Source of the DNA: Alphaproteobacteria bacterium
GTDB taxonomy: Bacteria; Pseudomonadota; Alphaproteobacteria; MPNO01; UBA830
DNA length: 64,000 nt
Direction: 5' to 3'
NCBI GenBank assembly: GCA_964291215.2
Contig: OZ219790.1
Coordinates: 1,792,001-1,856,000, forward strand
In this document: piece after piece, positions 1 through 10,591 of the stretch
How the letters are laid out: each line of letters starts with the position of its first letter
How positions within the stretch are numbered: the first letter of the stretch is position 1
Program-made: the position numbers and the translations under genes
The notes under the pieces: generated by a model
The model's database searches: none
Seen by the model: the letters and a program-made list of their open reading frames with translations, nothing else
What the model was told of the DNA's origin: nothing

Positions 1-545
1 CCGGCGCACTGGGCGCGCTCGTGATCGGCGCGGTGCGGCGCAAGCTCGACCCGAAAACCCTATGGAGCGTTTTGGTCGAGACCGGCCACATCACGGTCTC
101 GATTCTGTTTCTGATCCTCGCTGCGAACGTCTATGCGAGAATGCTGGCGCTGTCCGGGCTTCCGCAGCAGACCGGCGAATTCATAGGTTCCACAGGGCTT
201 GGCTTTGCCGGCTTCATCGTCCTCTATGTGATCATTCTCATCCTTCTCGGCATGATCCTCGATTCGATCTCGATCATGCTGATCATCCTGCCTCTTGCGT
301 TGCCGGTGCTCCTCGAGTTCGGCGGCGATCCTATCTGGTTCGGCATCGTGACGGTGATCGCTGTCGAAATCGGGTTGCTGACGCCGCCGCTCGGCATAAC
401 CTGCTATGTTGTAAAGTCCACGCTGGGAGACGAACGCATCACGCTGAACCAGATCTTCCTCGGAGCTGCCCCGTTTGCGCTGGTCATGCTGGTTGTAACC
501 GTGCTGCTGATTCTCATTCCCGAGCTCAGTCTGGTGTTCACCTGA
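1..545 (+). CDS. TRAP transporter large permease (DctM family), 5'-truncated by window edge
   Basis: Hydrophobic ORF with DctM motifs LGMILDSISI, DPIWFGI, EIGLLTPPLG. Confidence 0.9.
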   Translation, partial: GALGALVIGAVRRKLDPKTLWSVLVETGHITVSILFLILAANVYARMLALSGLPQQTGEFIGSTGLGFAGFIVLYVIILILLGMILDSISIMLIILPLALPVLLEFGGDPIWFGIVTVIAVEIGLLTPPLGITCYVVKSTLGDERITLNQIFLGAAPFALVMLVVTVLLILIPELSLVFT

Positions 546-658
546 GCCGGGCACGAAGGATTCGCATTTCCGCCGCGTGCCGAATATCCTGAACCCACCG
601 ACGACCTCTTAGGCAGCGGGACGCGGACCCGTCGCGGGTCTAGGAGAAGGGGACTTGG

Positions 659-1759
659 ATGCATGGCGATGGCGGCCGGCCGGCCGCGCCCGCAGGCGGC
701 ACGGTCGCCGGGGCAACAGGCGACGACATTGAGAGCCGCAAGCGCGAGCACATCGAGATCGTCCTCGACCGGGATGTTGCCGCGAAGGGGGTGACAACGG
801 GGTTCGAGCAGTACGCTTTCGAGCACAATGCCCTGCCGGAGCTCGACCTCGACGAGATCGACCTGTCCATTGAAGTCTTCGGACACAGGCTTGCGGCCCC
901 GTTCCTGATATCGAGCATGACCGGCGGCACCGAGGCCGCACGCGAGATCAATCTGCGGCTGGCCGAAGCGGCGCAAGAGCTCGGTCTGGCGATGGGGGTC
1001 GGCTCGCAGCGCGCCGCCCTCCAGTCGCCCGCATTCGAGGACAGTTTTCAGGTCCGGCCCGTTGCTCCGGACATCCTGCTGTTCGCGAATCTCGGCGCTG
1101 TCCAGCTGAACTACGGCTTCGGGGTCGACGAAGCCCGCCGCGCCGTGGACATGATCGGCGCCGACGCACTGTTCCTGCACCTCAACCCGCTTCAGGAGGC
1201 AGTACAAAAGGAGGGAAACCGCAACTGGTCGGGACTCCTCGAACAGATCGAGGCGCTCGTACGGGCGCTTGACGTACCGGTCGTCGCCAAGGAAATCGGC
1301 AACGGGATTTCGGCAGGGGTTGCGCGAAAACTGGAACGTGCCGGCGTGGCCGCGATCGACATTGCGGGCGCTGGCGGGACGAGCTGGAGCGAGGTTGAAG
1401 CCGAGCGCCACCCGGATGTTTGCGCGCGCACCGTGGCACGTGCCTTTGCCGGCTGGGGCATACCGACGTCGACAGCCCTTGTCGAGACCGTGGAGGCGGT
1501 TCCCGCTCTGCCGGTGTTTGCCTCCGGAGGCATCCGTTCGGGCATTGATGCGGCCAAGGCGCTGCGCCTGGGAGCCGGTCTGGTCGGAATGGCAGCGCCG
1601 ATGCTGAAAACGGTAACACGCACCGCGGAAGCTGCGGCCGGCCAACTCCAGACCACGATAAGGGAACTCCAGATCACCATGTTCTGCACCGGCAGCCGCG
1701 ATCTCGGGGCGCTTCGCGAGGCGCGCCTCTACCGACAGGGCAGGGAATGCGGCCGATGA
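659..1759 (+). CDS. fni: Type 2 isopentenyl-diphosphate delta-isomerase (FMN-dependent)
   Basis: Motifs RKREHI, SSMTGG, GVGSQR, HLNPLQE, KEIGNG, GAGGTSW. Confidence 0.95.
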   Translation: MHGDGGRPAAPAGGTVAGATGDDIESRKREHIEIVLDRDVAAKGVTTGFEQYAFEHNALPELDLDEIDLSIEVFGHRLAAPFLISSMTGGTEAAREINLRLAEAAQELGLAMGVGSQRAALQSPAFEDSFQVRPVAPDILLFANLGAVQLNYGFGVDEARRAVDMIGADALFLHLNPLQEAVQKEGNRNWSGLLEQIEALVRALDVPVVAKEIGNGISAGVARKLERAGVAAIDIAGAGGTSWSEVEAERHPDVCARTVARAFAGWGIPTSTALVETVEAVPALPVFASGGIRSGIDAAKALRLGAGLVGMAAPMLKTVTRTAEAAAGQLQTTIRELQITMFCTGSRDLGALREARLYRQGRECGR

Positions 1760-2466
1760 CTGCCGCTGCTCTGCCGCCGCTCCCGGTCCGCGATCCGGGC
1801 ACGCGGGCGCCGCGGCCGCGGGACGCTGCGAGCGTGGTCATATGGCGCCAATGGCGGAACACGGCCCAGGTATTGATGGGAAAGAGGCACAGCGGCCACA
1901 GCTTCATGCCGCAGCGTCACGTCTTTCCCGGCGGGCGGGTGGATGGCCATGACGCTCGGGTCCGTTCAGCGACGGAGATGACGCCGACGGTCGCCGGACA
2001 ACTCGCGCGCACCACGCCGCGGGGACGGGGGCGGTCAATCGCCGTCGCGGCCGTGCGCGAGACGTTCGAGGAGACGGGGCTGATGATCGGCGCGAAGGAC
2101 CCGCGGCCGCACCGGCCGCCGCCCCGGGGCTGGCAGCCGTTCTTTGCCACGGGTATGGCGCCGCGGCTCGACTGTCTTCTCTATATTGCCCGGGCGGTCA
2201 CGCCGTCCTTCAGGCCTGTGCGGTTCGACGCAAGATTCTTCATGGTCAAGGCCACCCATGTCGAAGGAAGGATCCGGGGGTCCGGTGAGCTGGAAGACCT
2301 CGACTGGATCCCCCTTGGCGATGCAGGTGATCTTGAACTCGCCCAGGTAACGCGTGCCATCCTGGACTACGCAGCGGAACTGGTGTCGGGCAGGGCGCGG
2401 ACCACAGAGAAGATTCCATTCTTCAGGCATGTCCCGGGCGGCACGCATGCCCGGATCTATCAGTAG
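1747..2466 (+). CDS. NUDIX hydrolase
   Basis: Nudix box FPGGRV...AAVRETFEETG; RFDARFF. Confidence 0.85.
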   Translation: MRPMTAAALPPLPVRDPGTRAPRPRDAASVVIWRQWRNTAQVLMGKRHSGHSFMPQRHVFPGGRVDGHDARVRSATEMTPTVAGQLARTTPRGRGRSIAVAAVRETFEETGLMIGAKDPRPHRPPPRGWQPFFATGMAPRLDCLLYIARAVTPSFRPVRFDARFFMVKATHVEGRIRGSGELEDLDWIPLGDAGDLELAQVTRAILDYAAELVSGRARTTEKIPFFRHVPGGTHARIYQ

Positions 2467-2513
2467 GCTGCGCGGATGCGCTCGCACGCCGTTCCGAGTC
2501 CGGCGCGCCAGTT

Positions 2514-3278
2514 TCACCTTGTCATGAGTTCCGGCCGTTCGCGCGCCAGTCGCCGCATCAGATAGGTCCAGGCGCGGTCGAACATCCTGTCGTTGGACAG
2601 GTACTCCTTGGAGCGCAGCGATCCCTGCCGCGACGGCGGACTGAGGGACCCGGCGGCCATCGCCATCAGCTGGATCTCGGCCTCGCGCTCCATGGTGTCG
2701 GCGAGAATCACGGCCGCCGGGATCGAGGACGCCGCGGTGAGGAGGCCGTGGTTCTTGAGGACCATGCACGAGCGGTTTCCGAGGTGCCTCGCCATGGCTT
2801 CGCCGGGGTCCTTGCCGAGCGCGACGCCGTCGTCCTCGTCGAAGAAAATGCATTCCTCGAACAGCCGGGCGCCGCCCTGCGTGAGCACCTCAATGGTCTT
2901 TCCGGTCGCGCTCAGGGCGGTGACGTGCTTCGCGTGGGTATGCAGAATGCAGGTCACGTCGGGGCGTGCCAAGTACAGGCGGGTGTGGATGTGGAGGGTG
3001 GGGTTGATGTCGACATTGTCGCCGGAAAGGACATTGAGTTCGAAATCCGCCTCGTGGATCAGGTCCTGGGTCACTTCCCCGAACCCGAAATTGTGGACAT
3101 GAAAGAAGAAGCGGTCGGCTCCTGGCAGTCGAGCGGTCAGATGGCTTCCCATCCCGCTCGGCTGGCCAAGCATGTCGACGATGTGAAACGCGAACAGCAG
3201 TTTCTGGCGAAGGCGCCCGACCTCATCACCAGGCTCGGTGGGACGGATGCCGGGCATGCGCACGATCTGTCCGGACAT
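2514..3278 (-). CDS. Class II aldolase/adducin family protein
   Basis: IHTRLYLARPDV, ILHTH, LKNHGLL metal-binding motifs. Confidence 0.9.
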   Translation of the reverse strand: MSGQIVRMPGIRPTEPGDEVGRLRQKLLFAFHIVDMLGQPSGMGSHLTARLPGADRFFFHVHNFGFGEVTQDLIHEADFELNVLSGDNVDINPTLHIHTRLYLARPDVTCILHTHAKHVTALSATGKTIEVLTQGGARLFEECIFFDEDDGVALGKDPGEAMARHLGNRSCMVLKNHGLLTAASSIPAAVILADTMEREAEIQLMAMAAGSLSPPSRQGSLRSKEYLSNDRMFDRAWTYLMRRLARERPELMTR

Positions 3279-3299
3279 GGGCGTCTCCCGTTTGTTGCC

Positions 3300-3758
3300 T
3301 CAATTGGGCACCAGGCGGAACCGTCTCCGCAACACGGCAAGGGCGTCGCGGAGCCCGACGCTCCTGCTCACCGGCCGTCCGGTGCCGTCATAGACCACGA
3401 ATTCCGTCTTGCCGCCGGCCAAGCGATGCTTCGCTACCGTCACAGCAGGCCGCTGGCTTGATCTACAGTAGATCTGGAATGCGGCCGTGCTGGCCTCGTG
3501 GCGAATCGCGTAATCTCTCCATTCTCCGTCGATGACCCGGTCGCTATACACGGACAGGATCAGGTCGAGTTCGTGGCGGTCGAACCGGAGGTCGGGCGTT
3601 CCGCGACGGCACCGGTTCGCCTGACCGGCGCGGTAATCAGAGATCTGGACGACTGTCGTCATGAGTGCCGATGAATCCTCACCGCCAGTGGCAACAGGCT
3701 TTTGATCTTCGCCCATTTTGCCGGTTCCGTCCAGCGGCCCTGCTTTGCCAGCAGGCAC
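3300..3758 (-). CDS. DUF2794 family protein (start probably downstream of 3758)
   Basis: FDRHELDLILSVY...GEWRDYAI typical of alphaproteobacterial DUF2794. Confidence 0.75.
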   Translation of the reverse strand: MPAGKAGPLDGTGKMGEDQKPVATGGEDSSALMTTVVQISDYRAGQANRCRRGTPDLRFDRHELDLILSVYSDRVIDGEWRDYAIRHEASTAAFQIYCRSSQRPAVTVAKHRLAGGKTEFVVYDGTGRPVSRSVGLRDALAVLRRRFRLVPN

Positions 3759-3831
3759 GACGATCCCACGCTGCTAATCCAGCGGCGACCGGCGAGATTT
3801 TTCGGTCTGCGTCGCGCTGCAATCGTGCCGC

Positions 3832-5689
3832 CAAGGCTCAATGAGACCTTCTCGGCGCGAAAAATTGCGATCAAGAGGCGATCTGTGATAACGCGAACCC
3901 CAGCGCACTCGGATTTCGCGTCTCGGAATCAGCATGGGATCATCGTGTTTGCCAGTAGGCGTTTCTCATGCTGCATTCAATTTTGCTGTCTTCTGCTGTC
4001 CGGAGGTTTCACGGCGTGCCGGGTTTTCTGGTTTCGGAGCCGTCCGCGGTCGTTGCCGGCGCGTGGGCGGGTTGTGGGCGGCGTCCGGGAATCGGCCGGA
4101 CACCATTGGCGCTCAGGGCTGCGACGGCTTCCCGGCGGTCGAGCTGCAGCCGTGTTTCGGCGAGGTTCTCTCGTCGGGAAGATCACCGCGAGCGCGATGT
4201 TATCGAGGCTGGCGCGGTTTGCGGGTCAGGCAGGCGTCCTCGCCGAAGACGCAGTCTCGGTGGTTCATGTTTTCCACGGCCCGCGGCCGCAGCAGTTACT
4301 CTGGCGTGTTGCGCATCGAGCGAGGTGATGTACGCGGTCTCGGTGTGGTCGTTGCCGCTCGCTGCGCCGCTGGCGCTCTTTCCCGGCGGCTCGCGGTAGC
4401 ATGCGGGCGATCTGCCGGGGTAGTTGATCAGGTCCTCGAGCGGCACGCGCTGCTCGAGGCGGGCCTTACTCTTCCTTGAAACGGCCGCTGACATCTGTCT
4501 CCCGGTCGATGCCGTCGAAGGTTTCGGGCGCCCTTGACCGGGAAGACGTGGTCTGCGCCGCAGCGCCGGGTGATCAGCGTCGCCGACGTCGTGCGGGTGA
4601 TCACCTTGCCGCGGACATCGGTGCGCTCGAGGAGGTGGCCGCCAGCTCGCCGTCGTCGAAGTTCAACAGCGCGAAGGGTGCGCCGGAGGCGTGAGGGCCA
4701 CGGTCTCGTGGTCGCCGTTGCCGCAGCGGATACGCTTGCCGTCGGCGGCAAGCGCCCGGGCGAGCCGGCGCCTGCCATGGCGGCCGAGCATGTTCTCGAG
4801 CGCCTCGGGATCGGACGACCCGGTGGAGGGTCGCCCCGGAGGGCGGCTCGCGCAGCCCGTCCTCGGTTTCCGCCGATGGCCTCGAGCTCGTCCCGGGACA
4901 GCGACCGCGCAAACTGCGCAGCTGCCTTTCATGTTCACAAGCTCGGCGAGAACGTGAGCACACCGTGTGCTTCCTGCGCGGCGGAAGTCCTCGATCGCCG
5001 CCAGCTCGTCGTGCAGCGAACACATTACCTCGGAACCCCGGGGAGCGAGGAGGCAGGCGGCACCACCGCAGCGCCTGCGACAGCAACCGTCGCGCCGCAC
5101 AACGAAAATCTCCTTGCCATGGGGGTCGGTGCAGCACCCGTTGGCACGGGACCCCCCCTGGCACGCCAGCCCGCCGCCTTGTGCCCGCAAAACACGCCGG
5201 ATCGCAGAACGTCTCCGCCACCTGGTGGCCGCAGGCCCAGTCGTCGGCCAGCCGCCGCGTCGCAAGAAAGAAGGAGGTAAAATTCGGGAACGTTCCCGGC
5301 GCCGCAAGCAGTCGCGTGTTGTCAGATCAAGCCACTGCTGCTCCGGCTTCCAGCCACCGGTCGCGGCACTTGAAGGCACCGTCACGCCGCCAGACTACTG
5401 CCCCCTGAAGGACGCAATATGGCGCAGCCCCGCCAGACGGCGAAACCCGAGATAGTCGTCCATCAACGCAGCGGATGCTCCTCGGGCTTCGCGAACCTCG
5501 ACCTTATATGACCAGGTTTTGTCCCCTTGATGATGAAATCATCCACAGCGGTTGGGGGCGGGAAAATGTGGACAACCCCGACTGTGGGAGAGCTATGGTT
5601 GCAGAGAGATTCCGCTCCCCTGAGCGAACACGCACAGGGGATCAAACGATCTCCGCGAAGGTTGCCGTTTCGACCTTGACAGAGCCGCG
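3832..5689 (-). mobile_element. Heavily degraded ISAs1-family element with N-terminal DUF4338 (DruA-like) domain; ends approximate
   Basis: Frameshifted minus-strand remnants: LMDDYLGFRRLAG, GAFKC, WKPEQQW (DUF4338-like); AADGKRIR, LERTDVRGKVIT, FPVKG, ETAYITSL, VFGEDA (ISAs1 transposase). Confidence 0.65.
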
Positions 5690-5873
5690 TCCGAGTTTGG
5701 CAACCTCCCTTGACGTCCCTCGCTGGATGCCTGGGTTTGAACCCGTATCGTAACTGCTCACCCCCTGGTTCCGGCTTGATGTCGGGGTAGAGTAACGAAC
5801 GGGTTTTCGTGGAGATTTGACACTGCAGGCCGATTCGCTTAGTGGTGGTAATCGAGAACGATGGGGACCGCCA

Positions 5874-6055
5874 GTGGGCTACATTGGATCGAAGGCGACG
5901 AGCGGGCTGTGCCAGCTGCTTCCGGGGCTCCAGCCTCCGCATGATCTGTATGTGGAAACGCATCCGGGAGGCGGCGCGCTGATGAAGCGCAAGGCGGAGT
6001 ACCGGAAAATGCCGCCGGGCGAGCGCCAGGCGATGCTCGCGGCGAGGCCGGGTGA
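5874..6055 (+). pseudogene. DNA adenine methylase remnant inside the IS66-like element
   Basis: VGYIGSKATSGLCQ...PPHDLYVETHPGGGALMKRK resembles the N-terminal SAM-binding region of Dam-like methylases; most of the gene is deleted. Confidence 0.6.
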
Positions 6056-6982
6056 TGGCGACGGGCGGCGCGCGAGGAGTTCGAAGCGGCCAGGACCGCG
6101 GCGCTGCCGGCAAGGTGGCGGAAGAGGCCGTGATCCGCGTCTTCGTCATCCTGCTCGGCATCCTCATCGTCGTCCTTCCGGAGAAGACCACGCACGAGCC
6201 GGAACTCCGGTCTGCCGCCGTCACAGACGGACAAGAGCGTGCCGGGAGCAACGGCCCGAAGCCGAACCGGCAGATGGGCGACAACCTGCGCAAGACCATC
6301 GTCGAGAAGACGGTCGCGGCCTGCGGCGCCGACGGCCCCGTCGAGCGCCGCACGACATCGTGTTCGAGGTCGCGCCGCGTCGACGCCGAGGAATGCCCGA
6401 AGTGCAAGGCCCGGTTCCCCGACAACATCCCGTGCAGTACGGCATCCAGGCCCTCGTCATCAACCTGCTGGTCGCCCAGATGCTGTCCCTGCGCCGTCGC
6501 GCTCGTGCAGGCGATATCAAGCTCTCCGAGGCCTCGGCCATGCTTTCACGATGCGTCATGGGAGGAGGCCGCCGTGGCGCACCTCCTGCAACGCCCGATG
6601 TCGACGATTTCGGATCAACGGCAAGTGGCTCCATGTCGTCGGGACGTGCAAGTTCCCGCACCGCAAGCAAGAGATCGGCCCGTGCTACAAGGGCGTCCTG
6701 GGCCTCGTACATGGCAGTGTAGCCACCAGCGGCAGCCACCTGCTGCGCGAACTGACCTTCGTCGTCGAGGCTACCGCGCGACTGATGAAGAGCCTGCTCC
6801 GCGAGGTCTGCCACAAGATCAACAAGAGCGCATCCAGGACCCTGAACGACGCCGTGCGCTACCGCACCATCAGGGCGCCAGGGAACTGCCCGACATCCCG
6901 ACGAAAGGAAAACGCATCGCAAACGCGCACAACCTGCACGAACGTCTCGTGAAACACGAAAACCTGCGCTTCACAGACGACC

Positions 6983-8440
6983 ATCGCGGTAGGGAACCGG
7001 GTTACCCCCCGCACAGAACCGGACGTGCGCTGTTCGCATCCGGCTCCTCCCTCAGGTCTTGACGACAAGGCGCTGGTTTGGCCACGGATGCTGGCTTTGG
7101 GCCAGTGGGCAAGGGTATCTATGTCCCCGGTGAAGTCCTTTTGGGAGCGTCGCCGAAGGGCACGCAGCTGTTTGCATTGGTGTATGAACTTCTGCAGGCT
7201 GCTTCCCGGGACGGCGTAGTAGCAGCCGTTGATGACTCACCACTTGGCCGTTTCGTGCCGGTTATCGTGCCACCGCTTGCGCAAGGCCTCCTTGATCCGC
7301 CGCAGGGTGCCCGTTTGCGACCGACCCTGAACCTGCCTTTCCTCGTCTGTTCGCAGAAGTGCGTCATGCCGAGGAAGTCGAACGTCTTGTCCACGCTTCC
7401 GGCGGTTCGCTCTGGCAAACCGACCGAACTCGATGATTTTCCGGGTGCAGTTCAAGTGGGCCAGTCTCTCCCCAAGGTCCCAGCGTCGCCCAGATGCTGA
7501 AAGCCGCACACGAAGTCGTCCGCATAATGATCGTGTCCCGCTTGCGCCAGTGGTTCTGGAACCAGTCGCACGTAGTGCAGGTTCGCAAGGCGCCGCCCCT
7601 TGCGGTGTTCCCTTGCCAGTCGGTCCCTTCCATGACGCCGGCGTCACTTGATGATCAGACCCCCCGATCCGTTTCCCGAGCATCGCAACCAGATGGTCGC
7701 GGTTGTCGAAGGGGCGTCAACGATCCAGTTGACCTTCCGCCGTTCCACCGTGACGGCGCATGATGCGCCCCGGCCGGAACCGAGGAACTCCGTTTCGCGG
7801 CACCAGAATCACACCGCCCGCTGAAGAATCTTGTCCGAGGCAAGTTGCCCCTCCTTGGGAATGTAGACCCTGGAGGCGCCCGCCCCTGTGCACACGGGCG
7901 TGCAGGCAGTTCCACCCCGTACGTTTGCCACACAACGCCCCGCCGCCGCATCCTTCCTCAAGGAATGGAACGCAGAACATCACGTGGTGGAGTAAAGACG
8001 CTCTTCCGGGTTCCTCTTCGCTACCTGCCGCCTGTGACCCCCGCTTCTGCGCGCGGCGCGGGCCAACCGCATTGCCCTTCCCTCCAGCAACTCCGCAGGC
8101 TCCGGAGAGCCCTTGTTCGCCGCCTTCAGCGGTACTATGGCCGAATCTGACTTCTCGTTCATCATCGGCTTACGGAATTTCCTCTGCGGCCCCTCCACGA
8201 CAGAGGGGCAAGACCTCCCAGGTCCCTGCTTCGGCCATGGTTCTCGGACCCCGCGGAGCCCCCCTCACCAACGCGGCTCGTTGCCTTCAGCCACGACCTC
8301 GGCGCTCCGGTTTCAAAGCATCTCGTGGCTCAATAGCCTGCCGCTCCCCAACGCTTCGCCTGGCGACGCATGGTTCACGGAGAAATTAGCCTCTCTCGGG
8401 ACTTGCACCCGGCCACATTCCACCAGTTTGCCTGGCGCAC
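6983..8440 (-). mobile_element. Degenerate group II intron with fragmented reverse transcriptase/maturase
   Basis: Minus strand begins GTGCG (8440) and ends with domain V/VI GAGCCGGATGCG...CGCACGTCCGGTTCTGTGCGGGGGGTAACCCGGTTCCCTACCGCGAT (6983); RT remnants KGTPQG, YADDFV (7515-7526 for YADD), IEFGRFA, TFDFLG; removal restores the IS66 sequence of copies 2 and 3. Confidence 0.92.
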
Positions 8441-8673
8441 CCGACGTCAGCTTCACCAACAATGCCGGAGAACAGAAGATCAGGATGGCAAAGCTCAAGG
8501 TGTCCGGATGCTTCCGCTCCACGCAAAAGCATGGTGCCAAGCTACCTCACCTCCATGGCCGCACTCGGCTACAACCCACTCGTCGCCACCCAGATCGCCC
8601 TCGACGGAAAAGCCGCAGACATCATCAACGAGCACTACGACCAATCAGAACCCAACTAGGGGTGAGTAGATAC

Positions 8674-9170
8674 GTTTTTTGTCTGATATCGCCATATCCG
8701 GCAGCGAGCAGGAGCGGATTGTTGGCGCGGCGTCCGAGGCTGATGGTGAATTCGTGGTCGGTGACTTCGACGGTTGCGCTTGCGTTGACGAGTTTTCGGT
8801 AGATGGTTTGCGCCTTTGCCGCCTTCATTTCCCTGCCGGCGCAGTTGGCGAGCATCCTACAGAGTGCGCTGGTCATGAGGGTGAGTTGAATGTCGACATT
8901 GACCCTGAGCCGCACGGCTGCGGGTTCGTTTATCTGGTTGGTGATGAGGAGGGTGGGTCTTTCGTGTCCGAGGTCGGTAATGGCGATCTGTCGGATTTTT
9001 GCGGGGTAGGTGTTGAGGTCGATTTTCTGTTCGAGGATGCGCGGATTGCGGTAGACGCGTCCAATGTTCTTGAGGGTTATCCTGCGCCACTTGCCGGGCG
9101 GCTCGGCGATCTGCCAATGGCGTCTGGTACCGCCTTGTTATCCATTGTTTCGCAGGGAGTGGGGAGACAG
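8674..9170 (-). pseudogene. Transposase C-terminal remnant (family uncertain), cut by the IS66 right end
   Basis: Frameshifted pieces IAITDLGHEEPTLLITNQ and RVNVDIQLTLMTSALCRMLA...LGRRANNPLLLAAGY resemble large DDE transposases. Confidence 0.5.
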
Positions 9171-9221
9171 TGCTGACTGCCGACAAGGTGCAGTCATGCA
9201 TGATCGCGCGGACGCCATCCC

Positions 9222-10415
9222 TTACTGCCGCACCGGGCCGGTCAGCAGCCTTCCGTAGAGCAACACAAACCCGCCGAATCCACAACACCACAGGATCGCT
9301 GAGAGCATCCACAACGCCATTGCGTGGCCGGGGAACATCCCGCCTGCAAGCCGCGTGAACACCGAGGCGACGACCAGCAGGTACAACGCCGCCGTGCCAG
9401 CGCCCGCCGTCAGCTCCCGGCCGGCATGGCCAAGCGTAGCGCGACTCATCACGGCAAGGGTCATCATCCCGATGGCGCCCGCCATCCAGAGATGCTGGGC
9501 GGAGGCCGGAGGCACGATATCCGGCCACTGGATCGCCGCAGCCATGCCCAGCATACCGAGCGGCACGAAGCCGTATCCCAAATGAAGCACCCAGAGCAAG
9601 GGTTCACCGGGCGTGTCCCGCCAGCGCCAGCACGACAGCCGTGCGGCCTGCACAAAGCCCGAGACAAGCAGCAGCCATGCCGTCTCCGCCGCAATGGGAA
9701 ACGCCACCCAGACGACGAGAGCGAGCAGGGTGAGCGCGAGGGCGAGCCTGTCGAGCTGTCCAAACTCCGCGGGCAGGATGCTGGCCCCGCGCGCCACCAG
9801 CCAGTTTCGCGTGAAGGCAGGCACGATGCGCCCGCCGATCAGCGAAATCATCATGATCGCGGCTGCGAGGCCGATGCGCAGTCCGTAGCCCGAAGCCGCG
9901 TGAGCACCGCTGGCTGCTTCCCAGTGGAACAGCGCGTTGCCAGTGACCAATGCACCAAGAATCACGACGACCACGAGGTTGCGCCAGTTCCTGCCGACAA
10001 CGATCTCGCGCAGCACATAGCCGCCAAGCACGACGAGACCCGAGATGTCGATCAGCGCCGCGACCACGGGCGTCACCCAGGCCGACACCGCGATCGAGAA
10101 CCTGCCGAGTGCCCAGATCGCGAGCAGTCCCAGCAACGGCCAACCAGTGAGTGGGGACCGTCCCGTCCAGTTCGCCACAGCGGTCAGCAGAAACCCCGCA
10201 AGCACTGCCCCCAGATATCCGAACAGCGCCTCGTGCGCATGCCACGACACCGGATCGAACCTGCTTGGCAGATCGAACTGCCCCAGCAGCATCAACACCC
10301 AGAGCGCCATGCCGATCACCGCCCACAACCCGGCGGACAGGAAGAAGGGCCGGTAGCCGAGAGACAGGAAGCCCTCCTCGGACCCCCGGGACAGAGGCGG
10401 TTGTGCGCCCGTCAT
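9222..10415 (-). CDS. nnrS: NnrS family membrane protein
   Basis: GYRPFFL, WHAHEALFGY, GFLLTAVANWTG, GGRIVPAFT, SRATLGHAGR. Confidence 0.93.
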   Translation of the reverse strand: MTGAQPPLSRGSEEGFLSLGYRPFFLSAGLWAVIGMALWVLMLLGQFDLPSRFDPVSWHAHEALFGYLGAVLAGFLLTAVANWTGRSPLTGWPLLGLLAIWALGRFSIAVSAWVTPVVAALIDISGLVVLGGYVLREIVVGRNWRNLVVVVILGALVTGNALFHWEAASGAHAASGYGLRIGLAAAIMMISLIGGRIVPAFTRNWLVARGASILPAEFGQLDRLALALTLLALVVWVAFPIAAETAWLLLVSGFVQAARLSCWRWRDTPGEPLLWVLHLGYGFVPLGMLGMAAAIQWPDIVPPASAQHLWMAGAIGMMTLAVMSRATLGHAGRELTAGAGTAALYLLVVASVFTRLAGGMFPGHAMALWMLSAILWCCGFGGFVLLYGRLLTGPVRQ

Positions 10416-10591
10416 GTCAGCCCGATTGTATCCGACCCATGCTCACCGACCTGTCCTCGAAGTCGAGGAGAGTCTCGCCGCCGGCCGGGCCGGAGCATAG
10501 ACACGGAGACAAACCCGAAATCGATTGGGTCAACGAACCGTCACCACGCCAATTCCGTGCCGCGGACCAATGCCAAAAGTCAACCTCGCCG

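Larger units (their letters stand above)
5750..8673 (+). mobile_element. Degenerate IS66-family element, copy 1 (contains group II intron)
   Basis: Ends GTAACTGCTCACCCC and GGGGTGAGTAGATAC (imperfect inverted repeats); TnpC remnants CPKCK, GSHLLREL, SFTNNAGEQKIRMAK, VSGCFRS; no matching target duplication. Confidence 0.9.

Noticed and set aside
6983-8440. Reverse transcriptase as a retron or diversity-generating retroelement
   Set aside because: GTGCG start, domain V/VI end and precise empty sites identify a group II intron; no template/variable repeat pair found
5742-8681. Target-site duplications for IS66 copies 1 and 3
   Set aside because: Flanking 8-mers differ (CCCGTATC vs GTTTTTTG; TTAGCGCC vs GCTGTTTG)
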